From contig CM075990.1 in NCBI GenBank assembly GCA_038087875.1, positions 3,350,001 through 3,414,000 of the forward strand: a stretch of 64,000 nucleotides of DNA, read 5' to 3'. Under the pieces are notes generated by a model. It searched no databases. It worked only from the letters and a program-made list of their open reading frames with translations, and was not told the DNA's origin. The DNA is from Malacoraja senta (lineage: Eukaryota). Both the position numbers and the translations under genes were made by a program. Below are positions 38,000-51,375 of the stretch, one piece after another (the first letter of the stretch is position 1; every line of letters begins with the position of its first letter).

Positions 38000-38842
38000 T
38001 TTTAGACTTTTAGAGATACAGCACGAAAACAGGCCCTTCGGCCCACCGTGTCCCCGCACATCAAAGGGCCTGTCCCACGGGCATGCGACTCCATGCGGCA
38101 AGCACGACCTAACCGCAAGCGGGGGCCGCGCAGAGGTCGAGTGATCCCCGTACAGGGCCGGTCCCACCAGCATGCGGCTGCATGCGGCAAGCGCTACCAA
38201 ACCGGAAGCTGGGGCCGCGCGGAGGTTGAATGACGTCAAGACGGTGCGCACGGCCTCGATGCGGCTGCGTACGGTGTCGAGACGGTGCGCACGGCCTCGA
38301 TGCGGCTGCATATGGTGTCGAGGCGGTGCGCACGGCCTCGATGCGGCTGCGTACGGTGTCGAGACGGTGCGCACGGCCTCGATGTGGCTGCGGGGCGGCA
38401 GGCCGTTGCCGCGCGGAATTTTTGAACAGTGTCAGTTTTTCGGAGGCCCGCGCGATGTCGGGACCAGCTCCCACGGGCACAACTCCATACGGTTCCGGCG
38501 ATCGAAGTGGGACCGGCCCCGCGACCTCCGCAAGGCCCCCGCACGGCTCCCGCTTCCGGTTAGGTCGCGCTTGCCGCATGGAGTCGCATGCCCGTGGGAC
38601 AGGCCCTTAACACTATCCGACACACACTAAGGACAATTTACACATACACCAAGCCAATTAACCTACATACCTGTACGTCTTTGGAGTGTGGAGGGAAACC
38701 AAGGATCTCGGAGAAAAGCCACGTGGTCACGGGGAGAACGTACAAACTCCGAACAGACAGCACCTGTAGTCGGGATCGAACCCGGGTCTCTGCTACAAGG
38801 CAGCAAGTGCTATAAGGCAGCAGCTCTACCGCTGTGACACCA
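38000..38842 (-). mobile_element. HE1-type V-SINE hosting a MITE
   Basis: SINE sequence is continuous across the insertion at ccgcacat|taacact. Confidence 0.85.
38065..38607. mobile_element. PIF/Harbinger-type MITE, same subfamily as 4611-5042, with internal 41-bp tandem repeat
   Basis: TIRs agggcctgtcccacgggcatgcgactccatgcggcaag; TSD (C/T)AA. Confidence 0.92.
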
Positions 38843-39414
38843 TAGTTTAGTTAAACTAAACTAAACTAATATTCTTCCTATGGCAGGGTTAGAGTAGAAT
38901 TGATGGGCTGAAGGGCCTGCTTCCGTGCTGTCCATCACTCTATGACTATGACTATAACGCTAAAATGGTGTTTCCTGCATGAGTTTAATGTTAGTGAGAG
39001 ACAGGATGGTGGAAAAAAATGGCACAAAATGTTTTGTAAGAACATTGGCGTTGAAGTGAAAGAGTGTTCTCAACTCTGGTGTGGTATCTGAACAGGGACA
39101 GGCCACGTCACGCATCGTGAATTGTTGGATATCGGTGTTGATCAAATAAGATAATGTCCCATTTATAGCACCAGTCCCTCTTTGTAATCCCGTCAGAGTG
39201 GTTTACGTCATGGTCGCAACTTGCTCTTGCGTGAATGGGCCACGAGTCTGTGGTTGGGTGTGCAGTGGTGAATGCAGGGCAGAGAATGAGTAGCGGAAAT
39301 GGGCAGGATGCTGAACAAGGCTGGGATACCAAGCAAAAAACACTTGTCCTACTCAGAGGAGATTAGCTGCATTTCCTGCGACTTCTACTTAAGCAGCAGT
39401 GAAAATTATTCCTC

Positions 39415-40057
39415 TATTTACTTCGAGAGGGCTAGAATACAAAAAATAACGGGACGTAATGATGAGGCTTTACAAGGCACTGGGCAGATGGCATTTGGAG
39501 TAGTGTTAGCAATTTTGGTCCGCATATCTGAGGAAGGATCTGCTGGTGCTGGAGAGAATCTAGAGGAGGTTTACGAGGAAGATTCCATGGAATGATTGGG
39601 TTAACATATGATGAACGTTGACGGCGCTGGGCCTGTCCTCGCTGGAGTTTAGAAGGATGAGGGGGAACCTCATTGAAACTTACTGAATAGTGAAAGGCCC
39701 GGATAGAGTGGATGTGGAGAGGTTGTTTCCACTAGTGGGAGAGTCTAGGACCAGAGGTCATTGCCTCAGAATAAAAGAATGTTTCTTTAGAAAGGAGATG
39801 AGGAGGAATTTCTTTATTGAATCCATGGTGGTGAATCCATGGAAATCTTTGCCACAGACGGCTATGGAGGACGTCAATGGGTATTTTTAAGGCAGAGATG
39901 GACAGATTCTTGATTAGTACGGGCGTCAGGGCTTATGGGGAGAAAGCAGGAGAATGGGGTTGAGAGGGAAAGATAGATCAGCCGTGACTGAATGGCAGAG
40001 TAGACTCGATGGACCGAATGGCCTAGTTCTGCTCCAAGAACTTATGAACTTATGAAC
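39415..40057 (+). mobile_element. CR1 LINE 3' fragment (degenerate)
   Basis: DRVDVERLFPLVGESRTRGH; (cttatgaa)n tail. Confidence 0.85.
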
Positions 40058-40526
40058 AGATTAACTCATTATTTGGGGCCCTGTTAACTTAGGAATGTCT
40101 GCGGAATTCTCTGCCTCAGAGGGCGGTGGAGGCAGGTTCTCTGGATGCTTTCAAGAGAGAGCTAGATAGGGCTCTTTAAATATGGAATATGGGAAGAAGG
40201 CAGGAACGGGGTACTGATTGGGGATGATCAGCATGATCACATTGAATGGCGGTGCTGGCTCGAATGGCCGAATAGCCTACTCCTGCACCTATTGTCTATT
40301 GTCTATTGTCTAACCAGTCAGCAGAAAGACAAAGCAAAGGCCCCCTTCCTTGGCACAATTTTGAAAATGATCGATGGAATTACCTCTGATGTCTTGAATA
40401 ATATTCATCTGTCAATCCACAGTTCGCAAAACAGGTCATCTTGTCAGTGTCATCCTGCTGTGGGTGGGAGTTTGCAATAATTCATCAGGGGCGGCACGGT
40501 GGCGCAGCGGTAGAGTTGCTGCCTTA

Positions 40527-40737
40527 AGGGCCTGTCCCACTTGGGCGTTATTTGCGCGTCATTTACGCGACGTCATTTACGCGTCATGATGCATTACGCG
40601 CGCATGGCACGTGTTGAGACGTGGTGACGTGGGCAGTGACACGTGTTAGCTCGCGGCGCCCCAGGATTTTGGAATTCTCAAAATCCTCGCGCGCCACCTG
40701 CGTGACGCGCAAATGACGCCCAAGTGGGACAGGCCCT
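40527..40737. mobile_element. PIF/Harbinger-type MITE inside an HE1 SINE head (40488-40812)
   Basis: TIRs agggcctgtcccacttgggcgt / acgcccaagtgggacaggccct; TSD TTA at 40524-40526 and 40738-40740. Confidence 0.92.
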
Positions 40738-42404
40738 TTACAGTGCCAGAGACTTGGGTTCGATCCTGACCGTGGTTAGTGTCTGTACCGAGTATGTACG
40801 TTCTCCCCATGACCGTGCCAGCGGAAAGACAACATGTGATTACAAGGTTCTGCCCAGGCCTCTGCTCGTGGTATTGCAATACCACAGGAGAAAATTGTCC
40901 CGTTGTTAAAATGTGCTGCAAAATGGAAATGTCGGTGCCATCGTGTTGCATACTCTGGCTCACACTGACTTTAGACTGTAGAGATACACAGCGCGGAAAC
41001 AGGCCCTTCGGCCCACCCAGTCCATGCCGACCAGCGATCACTCCGTACACTGGCACTATCGTACACACGAGGGACAATTTACAATTTTTTTTACATGCAG
41101 CCAATTAACCTGCAATCCTGCGTGTCCCTGGAGTGTGGGAGGACAACCGGAGTACCCGGAGGTGTGCAAACTCCGCATGGGCAGCAACTATAGTCATGAC
41201 TGAAACCGGGCCTCAGGCGCTGCCAGGCAGCATCTATACCGTGCCACTGTGCTGCCCCCATGAACTGATTCAGTTCAAGCATCTAACTGAAAGCCTAGTA
41301 CAAATTGCAACGTCGGACTTTTGGAAACAGGGGAATAACAGATGGGGTTATGATTTGGAAAATAACCGACATAAGCATACCTTGGAGTCCAGCGTACCAT
41401 GAGTACAAGGGTACAACAATTGTAGTGTAAGAATAGTGGATTTCTTTTGATGCAATACCTAAAGAGTCGCCATGTTTAGGTGCCATCTTGTACCTTCCAA
41501 ATACCGGATACCCACCAGTTTTCCAGCAACTGGTGGTCCGGAACCTGCTTTAATTCAGACAAAGTTACCAGCGCGCTCTTGAAATACCCCCCCAGATGTT
41601 CAGACGAAAATGTGGTGCCGGCTGAGGCGGCTGGTCTCGACCTCATCGGGACTTCTGCGGCCGATCGGTGGGTCGAATTTACCCCCATGTGGCCGGGGCT
41701 TTGGAGCCGGCAGATCCGTTCCCACAGCCGACTTACATTCCGACTTTGCGGCCTAGGCAGACCGTTCTAGTGGAATTCTTTGCCACAGAAGGCTGTAGAG
41801 GCCAAGTCAGTGGATATTTTTAAGGCAGAGATAGATCGATTCTTGATTAGTACGGGTGTCAGGGGTTGTGGGGAGAAGGCAGGAGAATGGGGTTAGGAGG
41901 GAGAGATAGATCAGCCATGATTGAATGGCGGAGTAGACTTGATGGGCTGAATGGCCTAAATCTACTCCTATCCCTTATGACCTTATGGTACCGTTGGCCT
42001 CTTCTCGGAAGTTGCACGGCTCTGGAACCAAGGGTGCCGGAGAAACTCAGTGGTGGACCAGTATCAAGTTCTTAAAAATATCAAGTCTCATCTTGGCTGT
42101 AAACGGCCGTTGTCCTTGCGACGGCACTGGGTCGGTGTTGCTGGGGTCGGCCTGGCCTCTCGCAGAGTCCAAGCAGATGGAAGTCACCTTGTGCATTGTG
42201 ATCTTTGTTATTTGCCATTTATAAAGGGCTTGGATGGGAATGTCGGGGGTTAGTCTAGTGGGTTTGCAGACAACCAAAACTTGGCGGAGTCGTAGATCCC
42301 GGAGGTTTTTAAAAGATACAAGGGAGATAAATCAGCTGGAAAGTTGGGCGGGGTGGTGACAAGTGGAATTTAACCCAGACAGCTGTGAAGTAAAGCACTT
42401 TAGT

Positions 42405-42791
42405 GAGGGGATCTTATTGAAACATATTCAATTATAAAAAGGACTGGACAAGCTAGATGCAGGGAAAATGTTCCCAATGTTGGGCGAGTCCAGAACCAGG
42501 GGCCACAGTCTTAGAATAAAGGGGCAGCCCATTTGAGACTGAGGTGAGAAAAACTTTTTCACCCAGAGAGTTGTGAATTTGTGGAATTCCCTGCCACAGA
42601 GGGCAGTGGAGGCCAAGTCACTGGATGGATTTAAGAGAGAGTTAGGTAGAGCTCCAGGGGCTGGTGGAATCAAGGGATATGGGGAGAAGGCAGGCACGGG
42701 TTATTGATTTGCGACGATCACAATGATTGGCGGTGCTGGCTCGAAGGGCCGAATGGCCTCCTCCTGCACCTATTTTCTATCTTTCTATGTT
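42405..42791 (+). mobile_element. CR1/HER1 LINE 3' fragment
   Basis: 3' ORF and UTR as in other copies. Confidence 0.88.
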
Positions 42792-43371
42792 TAAGAGGTC
42801 CTAGTTCTGGTTGGACATAGAGAGTAAATGGTAGGGAGAAGGGCATTGCCTACAGAGAGATGCCGGGGTACAGGTCTATAGCTCTGTGAATGTGGTGACA
42901 CAGATGGACAAGGTAGTGAAGAAGATCCCCCCTCCCCAGCCTAACCCCCACCCTAGACGTCCTACCAGATCTACTGTTCGCATCCTTGTATCACTCTTGA
43001 TACCACCTCTTCCCCAGCCAACAATAGGCCGTTATGGGCTCCACCCTTCCGCAGGTCATTTATTGCCAGCCCTGAGTTGTCCTGGCGTTTCTCGCTTCCA
43101 GTTTATCCCCCCCGACCCCCCCACTCACCCCCCACTCCACCCCAATGCCCCACCACTTTCAGACTGAAGAAGGGTTCCGACCCAAAATGTCGCCTATTCT
43201 TTTTCTCCAGAAGTGCTGCCTGGCCCGTTGAGATACCCCAGCATTTTGTGTCTTTCTAAACCAGCATCTCCAGTTCCTTCCTACACACGGTATCTGCTAT
43301 ACTTGCCTTGATAAGCCGAGGCGTTGAGAATAAGAGTTGGGGCGCCATGTTGCACTTGCACAAAACAATGG

Positions 43372-43690
43372 TTAGTTTAGTTTAGTTTAGAGATACAGAG
43401 CGGAAACTGGCCCTTCGGCCCGTCCAGTCCGCACCGACCAGCGATCCCCGCACATTAACACTATCCTACACACACTAGGGACAATTTACACATACACACC
43501 AAGCCCATTAACCTCCACACCTGTACGTCTTTGGAGTGTGGGAGGAAACCGAAGATCTCGGAGAAAAGCCACGCGGTCACGGGGAGAAAGTACAAACTCC
43601 GTACAGACAGCACCCGTAGTTGGGATCGAACCCGGGTCTCTGGCGCTGCAAGCTCTGTAAGGTACCTCGGTGCCACCGTGGCCACCCTTA
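43372..43690 (-). mobile_element. HE1-type V-SINE
   Basis: SINE motifs. Confidence 0.85.
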
Positions 43691-44315
43691 ACCGCCCATT
43701 AGCCTGCACTTAGAATATTGTATACAGTTCTGGTCACTACAGAACAGAAAAAACGTGGCAGCAATAAAGGGGGCGCAGAAGAGACTTGCCGGGATGTTGC
43801 CTGCAATAGAGGGCTGTAGTTATAAGGTGATAATTAGATGATGTGTTTATTCTGACTGGCGTACAGGAGGTTGAGGGGTGACTATGGAAGTCTATTCAAT
43901 TGTAAAATTGTTAAGGGCATAGATAAGAAAGATGAACTATCCTTTACCCTGGGCATGGGAGTCTAGACCTAGACAGTGGTAGAGCTGCTGCTTCTCAGCA
44001 CCAGAGACCCAGGTTCGATTCTGACATCGGGTGCTGTCCGTGTGGAGTTTGCACGTTCTCCCTGTGACTGCTCCTGTATCGTCTCACAACCCAAAAATGT
44101 GCGGGTGTGTGTGTTGGTTGTGGGCCTCTGCAAAATTGCCCCTGGTGTGTGGGGAGTGGGTGTGAAAGAGGGATAACGTAGAACTAGTGTGAACGGGTGA
44201 TAGATGGTGGGCACGGACTCGGTGGGCTGAAGGGCCTGTTTCCATGCTGTACCTTCCAATCAATAGGGAGCACAAGTTTAAGGTGAGAGGGGATAAATTT
44301 ATTGGAGATCTGGGA

Positions 44316-44600
44316 GACAATAGACAATAGACAATAGACAATAGGTGCAGGAGTAGGGCTTTCGGCCCTTCGAGCCAGCACCGCCATTCAATGTGATCAT
44401 GGCTGATCATCCCCAATCAGTACCCCATTCCTGCCTTCTCCCCATATCCCCTGACTCCGCTATCTTTACGAGCCCTATCTAGCTCTCTCTTGAAAGCATC
44501 CAGAGAACCTGCCTCCACCGCCCTCTGAGGCAGAGAATTCCACAGACTCACAACTCTCTGTGAGAAAACGTGTTTCCTTGTCTCCGTTCTAAATGGCTTA
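44316..44600 (-). mobile_element. CR1/HER1 LINE 3' fragment nested in an older CR1
   Basis: (ctattgt)n tail. Confidence 0.88.
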
Positions 44601-45527
44601 GATGAGAGGCAAGATGTTCGCACAAAAAGTGGTGAATGTGTGGATGGAGTAAAGGCGGAGGAGGTGGTGGATGCAGGCACAATGACAAGCTTTAAGAGAC
44701 ATTTGGACAGGTACCTGGACACAGTCACAATGGGCCTAATGCGAGTAGATGGGATTAGCGTAGAAAGGCATAGTGATTGTCATACATAAAGTGGACAGAA
44801 GGGCCTATTTTTGCTCATAATTTCATAAATTCTAGGAGCAGAAGTAGGCCATTCGGCCCATCGAATCTACTCCGCCATTCAATCATGGCTTGTTGTGCTG
44901 TACGTTTCTATGGTTCCATGATTCTGCAAGTTTTACCTCCACTTCAAGGCCCACAGCCCCTAAAGTATTTTAGTTTACAGCGCGGGTACAGGCCCTTCGG
45001 CCCACCGAGTCCGCACCCATCAGCTATCCCCGCACACTAACACAACCCTACACACACTAGGGACAATTTACACTTATACCAAGTCATTAAACCTACAAAC
45101 CTGCACGTCTTTGGATAGGAAACCGAAAATCCCAGCTAAAACACGAGCAGGTCACGGGGAGAACGTGCAAACTCCGTACAGACAGCACCCGTAGTCAGGA
45201 TCTGTACGTGTAACCTGTACATTTACCATGTCGCATCCCTATTCCCCACATCCCATTCCCTCAGCCCCTCACACAGTAGGTTGGCTCCCTTTCAGCTCTC
45301 GTGGGGCTGAATCAGTTTAGCTTATTGTCACGTGTACCCGAGGTACAGTGAAAAGCTGCTGTTGCGTGCTAACCAGTCAGCAGAAAGACCATCTCACGGA
45401 ACGAGTGAAACTCCGAAACCTCGGCCCTGCTTCGAGTGGAAGCTGGGATTCGCGATCGTACCCTGCTTCCTACAACCAATCAGTTCCAACCAAGTCAGGC
45501 CCCGAGCTATCCAGCTTTTAAACCACT

Positions 45528-45730
45528 GGGGAGAAGGAATGGGTGATGCTTTGGTTTGAGACCCTTCATCAGACTCTGCCTGAAGATTCAGATTCGGTCC
45601 GAAGAAGGGTCTCGACCTGAAACGTCACCCATTCCTTCCCCCCAGAGATGCTGCCCGTCCCGCTGAGTTACTCCAGCATTTTGCGTCTATCTTCGGTGTA
45701 AACCAGCATCTGCACTTCCTTGCTGCACAA
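45528..45730. mobile_element. PLE fold-back mini-element
   Basis: Opposed hammerhead-like cores (minus ~45545-45572, plus ~45599-45626). Confidence 0.75.
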
Positions 45731-46295
45731 GCTTTTACACCAACTTATTGAGCTGGGGGGGGCTGCCTCCGTGTGTCAAACCTACATCTTCAACGGCTCA
45801 GCGTTAAACCTAATTTTTATTTGCGATTTTTTTTGTGTGTGACACAAAAACTGAAATTGGATAGTCATTTAGCTCACCCTTAAAGTTTATTACAATGGGG
45901 TTATCTCTCACAGAAGAATCGTTTCCTTCCTAAAGTGTCATTGCTTTTATTGTTTGCCACGGTATTTTTTGAGGTAATTTTCCTGCTTATTGGTCACTAT
46001 TGTGTCTGACCCCGTCTCCTGCAGATGGATAGTGATTACCAATTAATGATGAAGGTGAGCAATGACAGCTGAGTCCACCCACTCCAGCTGCCCTTCTCCA
46101 CCACGGCCTTTCCAAGTGACATTACTCCCTCCGCACAAATCCCCAACAACTCAATAAGACCAACAACAACAACAAAAAGACAGGCCACCGCGTCTAACGC
46201 AAGAATGAGGGAGGTTTGTTTTTTAAATGTGACTGTCGAGTCAAACACAACCCGAGGGAAAGTTTAGTTTGAGTCAAGGAAAATTGTGAGAGGTT

Positions 46296-47160
46296 ATGTG
46301 TGTGTGTGTGTGTGTGTGCGTGCGTGTGTGCGCAGTTGTGTGTGTGCTTGTGCGTGCAGTGTGTGTGTGTGTTAGTTTGTGTGTGTGTGTAGTTGTGTGT
46401 GTGAGCGTGTGTGAGCGTGTGTGTGTAGGCGTGTGTGGTTGTGCGTGCAGTGTGTGTGCAAGTAGATGTGTGTGTTCATGTATGTGTGCGTGTGCGCAGG
46501 CATGTGTATGTGCGTGTGTGTGTTGTGTGTGTGTAGTGTGTGTGTGTGCATAGATGTGTGCGGTATGTGCATGTAATTGTGTGTGCGCGTGTGTGGAAGC
46601 ATACATGTGTACATGTGCGTGTGTGTGTTGTGTGTGTGTAGTGTGTGTGTGTGCATAAGTGTGTGCGGTATGTGCATGTAATTGTGTGTGCGCGTGTGTG
46701 GAAGCATACATGTGTACATGTGCGTTTATTTGTGTGCATGTGAAGAGTGTTTGGGCGCGTGTGTGTGTACTCGTGCTTGCGCGAAGGTGTGTGCGTATGC
46801 GTGTAGTGTGCGTGCATAGATGTGTGTGCATGCGTGGGTGCACATGCATGCGTATTTTGTGTGTGTGTGTATGTGTGTAGTGTATGCATGTGTGTGCATG
46901 TGTGTGTTGGTGTGTGTGCATGTAGGTCTGTGTGTACATGTGTATGTGTATGTGCATTTGTGTTTGTGTGTGTGCGCGCGTGTGTAGATGTGTGCACATG
47001 TAGGTGTGTGCGTACGTGGGTGTGTGCATGTATGTGTATGTGCATATCTGTTTGTGTAATGTGTGTACGTAGTGTGTGTGTGTGTACATGTGTATGTGTG
47101 CATGCATGTTTATGTGTGTGTGTATTTGTATGTGTGTGTGTGTGTGTTTGTGTACGTGTA
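46296..47160. repeat. Long degenerate (TG)n repeat with internal duplication
   Basis: Direct observation; block ~46510-46615 repeated at ~46615-46722. Confidence 0.95.
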
Positions 47161-47509
47161 TAGATATCTTTAAGCATAGCCTGCTTTGAATGTAGTCCTT
47201 AGACGATGCACGTCGATCAAACATGTGCAAAGAAACCCCCATCGCCAGATGAAGCACCTGCTGACCTCAGCGTGACCTCCAGCCCAGGATAATGAAGTTG
47301 AGTTGCAGAGAGACACCCATTGCTCCCCCCATCAACGCCCCAACCTCCCCTCTCAACGAGCAGAGCGGGCGGGGAAGGAAGAGAACTGGTGGGCCGCAAA
47401 CAGCTGCGGGTCCCTCTCACCCCCTCCCTCCGACCCCAACCCCCCCCCCCCCGCCCCCCCAAACACCACGACCCATCCAATAATCTCACATCTCCTCGCA
47501 AGAGAAGGG

Positions 47510-49030
47510 GGGTAGGATTTTATTATCACGCGACATAAAGAAATGGGGCACTGGGGAATGAAAGGCGAATTTTTCTCATCCAAAATGGATTGCGATATCC
47601 CCCCATTTAGCACCTGAAGGTAATTAGCTCAAAGAGATTGTGGAGTGAGAAACACGTTCACGGAACATTAGCTCTCATGCATTCTCCAGTTGCAGTGAAT
47701 TAATAGGAAAGATTAAAGTTTAAAGAGAGCAAAGTGGCATTACCTCACATCCACCTCACCGCAGCGCTTCCGATCAAACACTAAAACCCAAACTCTGAGT
47801 CGCTTTTACTTTCCTCGAACCCAAATCCCTCCATCCCAGCCCCGCACACAAACCCACCTTTTAATTCATTCCCCTCTACCCTGCCAACCAGCAGCAGACG
47901 ATACACCGTTTTTTAAAAGATGTTTTTATTAATAAATATTTCCACCGCGGCCGCCTTTGCGACTCGTCATGTGCTAATTGCTAGTTTGTCGCCCGTTAGG
48001 ACGGCGTGCTAAGGAAATGTAAATGCGAAAGCGCAATTTCATAAAGGTCTTAATGGTAAATTATCACGCTAAATAAGGCAGATATTCTTAATTACACTGG
48101 AGTGCCGAACGCGATCAGACCCAAATTCCCTCAGGTACATCTTAGAAAATTCCGTCAGCATTTGCTTAGTAAGATTTTGTTAAGTTTCAAGAGCGCCTGC
48201 CTTCGATAATCAAACGTGGACAAACCTTTCAGGAGGAAAAAATGAAATTGAGACATGGGAGAATTTATTGCCCAGAAAATTCCATTGTGCTATCTACTTC
48301 AAAGTCCAGTCCTCCCAGCTTGAGAAAATCTATTTCCCTCATTTTAATACCCCACATAGCAGTCTTCATAATTCATTCGAGTGTGCTAAGCACAGTTTTA
48401 TTAGATCTGAAACAAATTTTGGTGGGAGATCCTATAGGTCATTAACCATGGAGTAATTTTATCCTTGTTTCCCTAATGATGCCATAATGGCGAGTGAATT
48501 TCTTAACTAAAGACCAAAGAACATTCTGAAGGTCAGCTTCATCTGCAAGCTCCTTCAAGCGATTCTCCGAGAGATTGGAAAGTCGGAGATTTTTGAAGAG
48601 TCATTAATAATGTTAAAGCTGAAAGGCTGCCTATTTGCCTTTCCGTTTTGCACCTTTAATTTCATACTTTTTTTTTTGTGCTTCCACTCTCCTGCACTTG
48701 TCGTCAAGCAGAAAGATTGGAGTGTGGAGCATGGGGCAAAATGGCAGCAATGTGACACACTACAATCCCAGATGTGAGGCCATGATAATTTAAATTTTAT
48801 GCCTTTGTTATCACTTTAATCATTTTCTTTATTCGTTTTGTCTCAGTGATCAGAGAGACACCTGATAGGCAAAATATCAGGGGAACAATTTTTATTTTGA
48901 ATGTGGTGAGAACCCTAATTAGAATTTGAATTTTGCTGAGCCTTGTAATGGTTGGTACTTTATCCTGATCACCTTAAATATTGTTCAGAGTCAATCATTT
49001 GTCATAGCGCGCGGCATGCCGGGAAGGTTC
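47510..49030. promoter_or_regulatory. Putative conserved non-coding element (enhancer-like), core ~47940-48930
   Basis: About 1.5 kb without recognisable transposons in a transposon-saturated window; AT-rich with dense TAAT/ATTA and CATTGT/ACAAT motifs; no credible ORF; conservation inferred, not measured. Confidence 0.6.
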
Positions 49031-49489
49031 CCGCTAATCTGATTTCTTTTTTTTTTCTGCTGTCATTGCATTTTGGTCAGAGGTGCAGAGGCTAAGATGC
49101 AGAAGGGAGGACATAGGGACTGTGGCTTAAAGCACACGGACCCTCTGTTTATGCTCCAGAAGGAAGTAAGAATGATAAAAAGGGAATAAAAGAGCCCTTT
49201 CTCTTTGCTTTTCCTGGTTCAGATGCACTTTGGGGACCATCTATGATTGTGCTCTTTAGATAAAAGTTGTCCCCGGAGATTGAAATGAGGGGGGGGGGGG
49301 GGTGAGCTATGTTCCCTCCTACATAGCTAGTACAGCTCGGCAACGGGACCCTGTCAATGCCCGTTATGGATAAACGTGTCTTTGCAAGGAAATGTAATCA
49401 TGGCACATCGTGCTGATGTTTTATCCACAAGCTGGGAGCAAAAAGGGGCCTTTGCGGACAAATCAGAGCTGACAGGCTTTAAGATTCTC

Positions 49490-49622
49490 GCAGTCTGAAG
49501 AAGGGTCTCGACCCGAAACGTCGCCCATTCCTCCTATCCAGAGATGCTGCCTGTCCCGCTGAGTTACTCCAGCATTTTGTGTCTATCTTCGGTGTAAACC
49601 AGCATCTGCCGTTCCTTCCTAC
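49490..49622 (+). mobile_element. PLE pLTR with intact hammerhead-like motif
   Basis: CTGAAGAAGGGTCTCGACCCGAAACGTC at 49495-49522 followed by pLTR and tail. Confidence 0.85.
49495..49522 (+). ncRNA. Minimal type I hammerhead ribozyme-like motif (representative copy)
   Basis: CUGAAGA core, extra A, stem II GGGU/ACCC with CUCG loop, GAAA, palindromic ACGU stem III, GUC triplet; activity not demonstrated. Confidence 0.7.
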
Positions 49623-50323
49623 GCGGTAAGATTTAGAAGCCCTCCAATCTGATGGAACGTTACATTTGAGGTTCCTTTCACTGTGTGATAGTGATAGTGG
49701 CAATAATGGTATATCTTGAAGGAACACTTTAAATATGTCCTCGGAAGGAACTGTAAATGCTGGTTTACACTGAAGATTTGAGTTTGATGTTTAGTTTCTT
49801 GTCACGTGTACCGAGGTACATTGAACACCTTCAGCTGCGTGCAAACCAGCCAATGGAAAGTCAATACATGATTACAATCGAGCCATCCACAGTGCACAGA
49901 TACATGATAAAGGGAATAAAGTGAATAGCGTTTAGTGCGAGATAAAGAGAGTAAAGTCCGATCAAGGACAGTCCGAGGGTCTCCAATGTGGTAGATAGTA
50001 GTTCAAGACTGCTCTCTAGTTGTTGGTAGGACGGACATCAAATGCTGGAGTAACTCAGCGAGCCAGGCAGCATCCCCTGAATCTCCGTCTGAAGAAGGGT
50101 CTCGCCCCAAAATGCCTCCTCTTCCTTTTCTCCCGAGATGCTGCCTGACCCGCTGAGTTACTCCAGCTTTTTGTGTCTATCTTAAATTTGTCTCCTGCTT
50201 TATCATCTCTCACCCCACTCTCTCTTTTATTGAGTATCAATTGTAACTGCAGTGAAGTATGAGCTAACTGCAGCAAGAGTTGGCTTAGAACAACAGCTGG
50301 AACTGAAGTAGAAGTCAAAGGGT

Positions 50324-50623
50324 GTAGGGAGAAACTGCAGACGCTGGTTTAAACCGAAGATAGACACAAAAGGCTGGAGTAACTCAGCGGGTCAGGCAGC
50401 ATCTCTGGAGAAAAGGAATTGGTGACACTTTGGGTCAAGACCCTTCTTCAGACTGGGAGTCAGGAAAAAGTTTTATATCTCTCGATATCATCGTCTGTAT
50501 CTCTGGTTTCTCTTTCCCCTGACTCTCAGTCTGAAGAAGGGTCTCGAGCCGAAACGTCACCTGTTCCTTTTCTCCAGAGATGCTGCCTGACCCGCTGAGT
50601 TACTCCAGCTTTATGCGTCTATC
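50324..50623. mobile_element. PLE fold-back mini-element
   Basis: 15-bp TSD tagaagtcaaagggt at 50309-50323 and 50624-50638; hammerhead-like core at 50531-50558. Confidence 0.85.
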
Positions 50624-51375
50624 TAGAAGTCAAAGGGTTTCATTTTAAATGCTTCTTTGGAGTCCATCTCAAGCCTAGCATACCTGAGGATGTTGTACGC
50701 AGTAAGCATGACAAAAATGATTTATAAATTATGTAATCTCCCTTCATTTAAGGGACTTGTTGCTTCATCAGATGAAATTACAAACAGGTTTAGGTTCATT
50801 ATTGTCGCCTCTACCAAGGTACATTAAAAAGCTTTCTTTGCATGCTATCCAATCAGATCAGATAATACGGTACATGGATGCCATCAGGTCAAACTCAAAT
50901 ACAATAGTGGAGCAAAGGGGAATATAGTTCTCAGCATTGTAGCACATCAGTTCCACAGACAAAGCCCAATGTCGACAATGGGGTAGAGGTGAATCGGACA
51001 GTACCCTAAATTAAGGCCATTCAGCCCATCAGGTTTACTCCACCATTCAATAGGGTGGCACGGTGGCGCAATGGTAGACTTGCTGCCCTACAGCACCAGA
51101 GACCCGGGTTTGATCCTGCCTAAGGGTGTTTGCCTGTACGGAGTTGGTACGTTCTCCCCGTGACCTTGTAACTTGTCCCTAGTGTGTGTAGGATAGTGTT
51201 AGTGTATGGGGAACGCTGGTCTGCACGGACTCCGTGGGCCGAATGGCCTATTTCCGCACTGCATCTATAAACAAAACTAAACAATCATGGCTGATATGGT
51301 CAAAACCTTGACAGGCACATCATGTAGATTCAAGAAGATCTAAGATTCTTAGCTGCTTACAAAGTTAATACAGGT

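Noticed and set aside
38240..38391. Possible CRISPR-like array
   Set aside because: Contiguous tandem units without unique spacers, inside a eukaryotic MITE, with no cas genes.
46274..47257. 327-aa His/Thr-rich ORF and overlapping Cys/Val-rich ORFs
   Set aside because: Translations of a degenerate (TG)n repeat.
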